From sequence record MN794232.1: 64,000 nt of DNA. One strand, given 5' to 3'. The notes under the pieces were generated by a model, which saw nothing but the letters and a program-made list of their open reading frames with translations, did no database searches and was not told the origin of the DNA. The translations under genes were made by a program, and so were the position numbers. Shown piece by piece: positions 62,055 to 64,000 of the stretch (the first letter of the stretch is position 1; every line of letters starts with the position of its first letter).

Positions 62055-63108
62055 ATGGTCTGTAGATCATGTGATTTGAACCCATTCGTTCCCATGTACC
62101 TAGATTCATGCGATTTTTCATTTCAGCGAAGAATGCGGGGTTTGCTCTAATGTCATCAAGTGGCAGTGCAACAACACCTTCAGTTTTATGCGCCAATAGC
62201 TCTAGTTTATCAAGCAAATCAGATGTTGTACGACCGTCATATTTGAATTGACTGAACCAATAACCAATCTTACTGAATTTCGTATCTCTTGTGTATTTCA
62301 CATCAAAGCCTTTCAGAGCATACGCTAAGTTACTTTCTTTACCGTGAAACGGCTTGCGATATGCGCTATGTTCAGCACCAGCACGAGCAAGCAATCTCTT
62401 CTTAGCTGCGTCTGGTAGATTGAACCACCCATCAAAGTTCTTCTTGAAGTTCAACATCCATGCTTCTGGTGTAGCTGGTGAGCCTTTGAAGTATGCTTTC
62501 GTATCAGCAATGGCTTGTGCATAGCGTGCGTTAATCTCATGAGAATAGTTCTGATATTCGTCGTGAGACGCTTCGTGACCGCTTTTAGCGTGACGGATGA
62601 ACTCTTTATCAATGTATCCGCGTTTACGCCCTGAGTGTTGATACACGCCCTCTGCGTCGCTTGTCTCGAAGTCTTCAATGTCACCAGAACGATAGTTGTC
62701 GTAAGCGTGTTGCAGTTCATGTAATGCCGTGCTATACAACTGTGGTTTCTGCAATCTGAATTTCGCCATGATTTGACTAACTGCTGTTACTCCAGTTATA
62801 TCCACAACAAGCTTGAGATACCCTGCTTCTGGGATCGAGTCGTCATGTAATTTGCCATTCCAAACACCGAGTTCGGTTGGGTTATTATTGTCTAACTTTA
62901 GATATGCTAGAATACCTTCAGCTAGTAATGCATCAAATTCACGTTCACCTGTTCTGATATTGAGAGTTTTGGTGTTTACAGATAATTTGCTAGGATCCCA
63001 TGGTGCTTTACTTAGAGCGCCTTCTAACTGGCGTTCCAATGTATCGACGATGGTTTTTGACGCTTGTTCTAATGCGCGTTGTGATTGTACGTTTTCAAAA
63101 ATAATCAT
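62053..63108 (-). CDS. Late HExxH zinc metallopeptidase-like protein
   Basis: ALHELQHAYD plus downstream HEINARYAQ; starts MIIFE like ORF 31691. Confidence 0.78.
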   Translation of the reverse strand: MIIFENVQSQRALEQASKTIVDTLERQLEGALSKAPWDPSKLSVNTKTLNIRTGEREFDALLAEGILAYLKLDNNNPTELGVWNGKLHDDSIPEAGYLKLVVDITGVTAVSQIMAKFRLQKPQLYSTALHELQHAYDNYRSGDIEDFETSDAEGVYQHSGRKRGYIDKEFIRHAKSGHEASHDEYQNYSHEINARYAQAIADTKAYFKGSPATPEAWMLNFKKNFDGWFNLPDAAKKRLLARAGAEHSAYRKPFHGKESNLAYALKGFDVKYTRDTKFSKIGYWFSQFKYDGRTTSDLLDKLELLAHKTEGVVALPLDDIRANPAFFAEMKNRMNLGTWERMGSNHMIYRP

Positions 63109-63126
63109 CTTTTTTCTCGAATTCGG

Positions 63127-63155
63127 TTGACTGTATTACTTATTTAGGTTAATAT
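63127..63155 (+). promoter_or_regulatory. Class I early promoter
   Basis: TTGACT-17nt-TAATAT, then CATCGAAACGAAAGAGAGAACATTATG. Confidence 0.85.
63141..63148 (-). promoter_or_regulatory. Late promoter candidate CCTAAATA
   Basis: About 33 nt upstream of minus-strand ATG 63108; lies inside the spacer of the divergent early promoter. Confidence 0.6.
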
Positions 63156-63185
63156 CTCTCTCATCGAAACGAAAGAGAGAACATT

Positions 63186-63881
63186 ATGACTAATGCAGCA
63201 CGCAAATTTGTATACGACATCTTCCACGATGAGCTTCAAAAGCCGGTTGTGAATCTAGACGTATTTAAAATCAAGGGTTCAGATGGTAAGCCGGTGATTA
63301 ACTATCTATCGAACCCGCACATACGCAAACAACGCTTTATTATGTTCGTGAATAAACGACATAACATCAAGTATGGACGTTCTTTTTGGACGCATGATAT
63401 TCGTGATGATTGTGACAAAATCGAAGGTACTTGGTCGAGCGTGGCTAAGGAAATCATCAAACGCAAAGCCGAATACGCAAATTACGTGACTAAGACGTAT
63501 CTTGATTACGACTATGGTGTTGAAGAGCCGACCCTTGCAATTATCGACAAGATGCTGAACAAGCCGAAGCGTTTTCACGTTGCAAAGTACATCAATAATG
63601 AACTGTGTGTCACATCGACGAACAATTCAATTGTGCTAATTGATCGTGATACTGGTGTGAAATTCGTTGCGAAGATGCAAGATTATCGCCATACTAGTGA
63701 TATAATGCGACTTGCAACACCTGAAAAAGTGTTTACCCCTAACGAAGAGAAAGCACTTTGCAGTGCAATTACAAATCTTGTAAATTCTCGCATCAACGAT
63801 ATTCGTGCTAAGAAACGTGCGAAAGAAGAGAAACGCCGCCAAGCAAAACGTCAACAACTAATCGAAGCATACGGGGCATAA
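63186..63881 (+). CDS. Hypothetical early protein
   Basis: 231 aa after conserved leader. Confidence 0.8.
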   Translation: MTNAARKFVYDIFHDELQKPVVNLDVFKIKGSDGKPVINYLSNPHIRKQRFIMFVNKRHNIKYGRSFWTHDIRDDCDKIEGTWSSVAKEIIKRKAEYANYVTKTYLDYDYGVEEPTLAIIDKMLNKPKRFHVAKYINNELCVTSTNNSIVLIDRDTGVKFVAKMQDYRHTSDIMRLATPEKVFTPNEEKALCSAITNLVNSRINDIRAKKRAKEEKRRQAKRQQLIEAYGA

Positions 63882-63883
63882 TC

Positions 63884-64000
63884 ATGGCATACGAAGTAAT
63901 CAACGGCAAATTGCGTAAAGTAAAGAAAAACAAGCCACGCGACTATGATAAAGAATGGTCAAAGATGCACGAAACTGCCAAGAAGCAAGTTGAAATCATG
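63884..64000 (+). CDS. Hypothetical protein, 5' part (runs off window)
   Basis: MAYEVINGKLRKVKKNKPRDYDKEWSK..., open to window end. Confidence 0.5.
   Translation, partial: MAYEVINGKLRKVKKNKPRDYDKEWSKMHETAKKQVEIM

Noticed and set aside
209-63857. Dozens of 60-160 aa minus-strand and alternate-frame ORFs in the track (e.g. 209-697, 5189-5602, 44241-44843, 46391-46840)
   Set aside because: Antisense shadows of well-supported genes, with no RBS, promoter or recognisable motif
1-64000. tRNA, tmRNA or rRNA genes
   Set aside because: No cloverleaf with T-loop GTTCGA and matching acceptor stem in the few intergenic gaps; tRNAscan-SE/ARAGORN would settle it

Overview
64 kb of a large lytic T4-like myophage genome, covering the replication, recombination and nucleotide-metabolism region. 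Gene order and content (rnh-dsbA-33-59-32-frd-ClpP-like-uvsX-40-41-nrdD, fused 39+60, Sir2, a displaced gene 24 next to 55, a trimeric dUTPase, no hydroxymethyl-C genes in the window) match my recollection of the KVP40-like Vibrio phages (Schizotequatrovirus). That placement needs a BLAST to confirm. Core genes recognised: rnh, dsbA, 33, 59, 32, frd, uvsX, 40, 41, nrdD, nrdG, 61, dut, dexA, td, srd, 39(+60), 30, alt, 24, 55, 47, 46, 45, 44, 62, regA, 43, rnlA, pseT and the spanins. About 60 accessory ORFs lie between them. No tRNA, rRNA, CRISPR array, intron or intein was seen. The most interesting signals are: (1) a dispersed set of late-promoter genes with T4 internal-protein-like N-termini (a methyltransferase, Alt, a metallopeptidase, an acidic HEAT-repeat protein and others), possibly a packaged and injected effector suite; (2) a 66-aa type IV pilin-like protein; (3) hairpins that bury a ribosome-binding site and carry a promoter in or beside the loop; (4) two distinct sigma70-type promoter classes, one fused to terminators and one in front of replication operons; (5) a 9-nt-period TTAG array and a 5-nt-period gene 32 leader. 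All functional calls come from motif recognition by eye, without searches.
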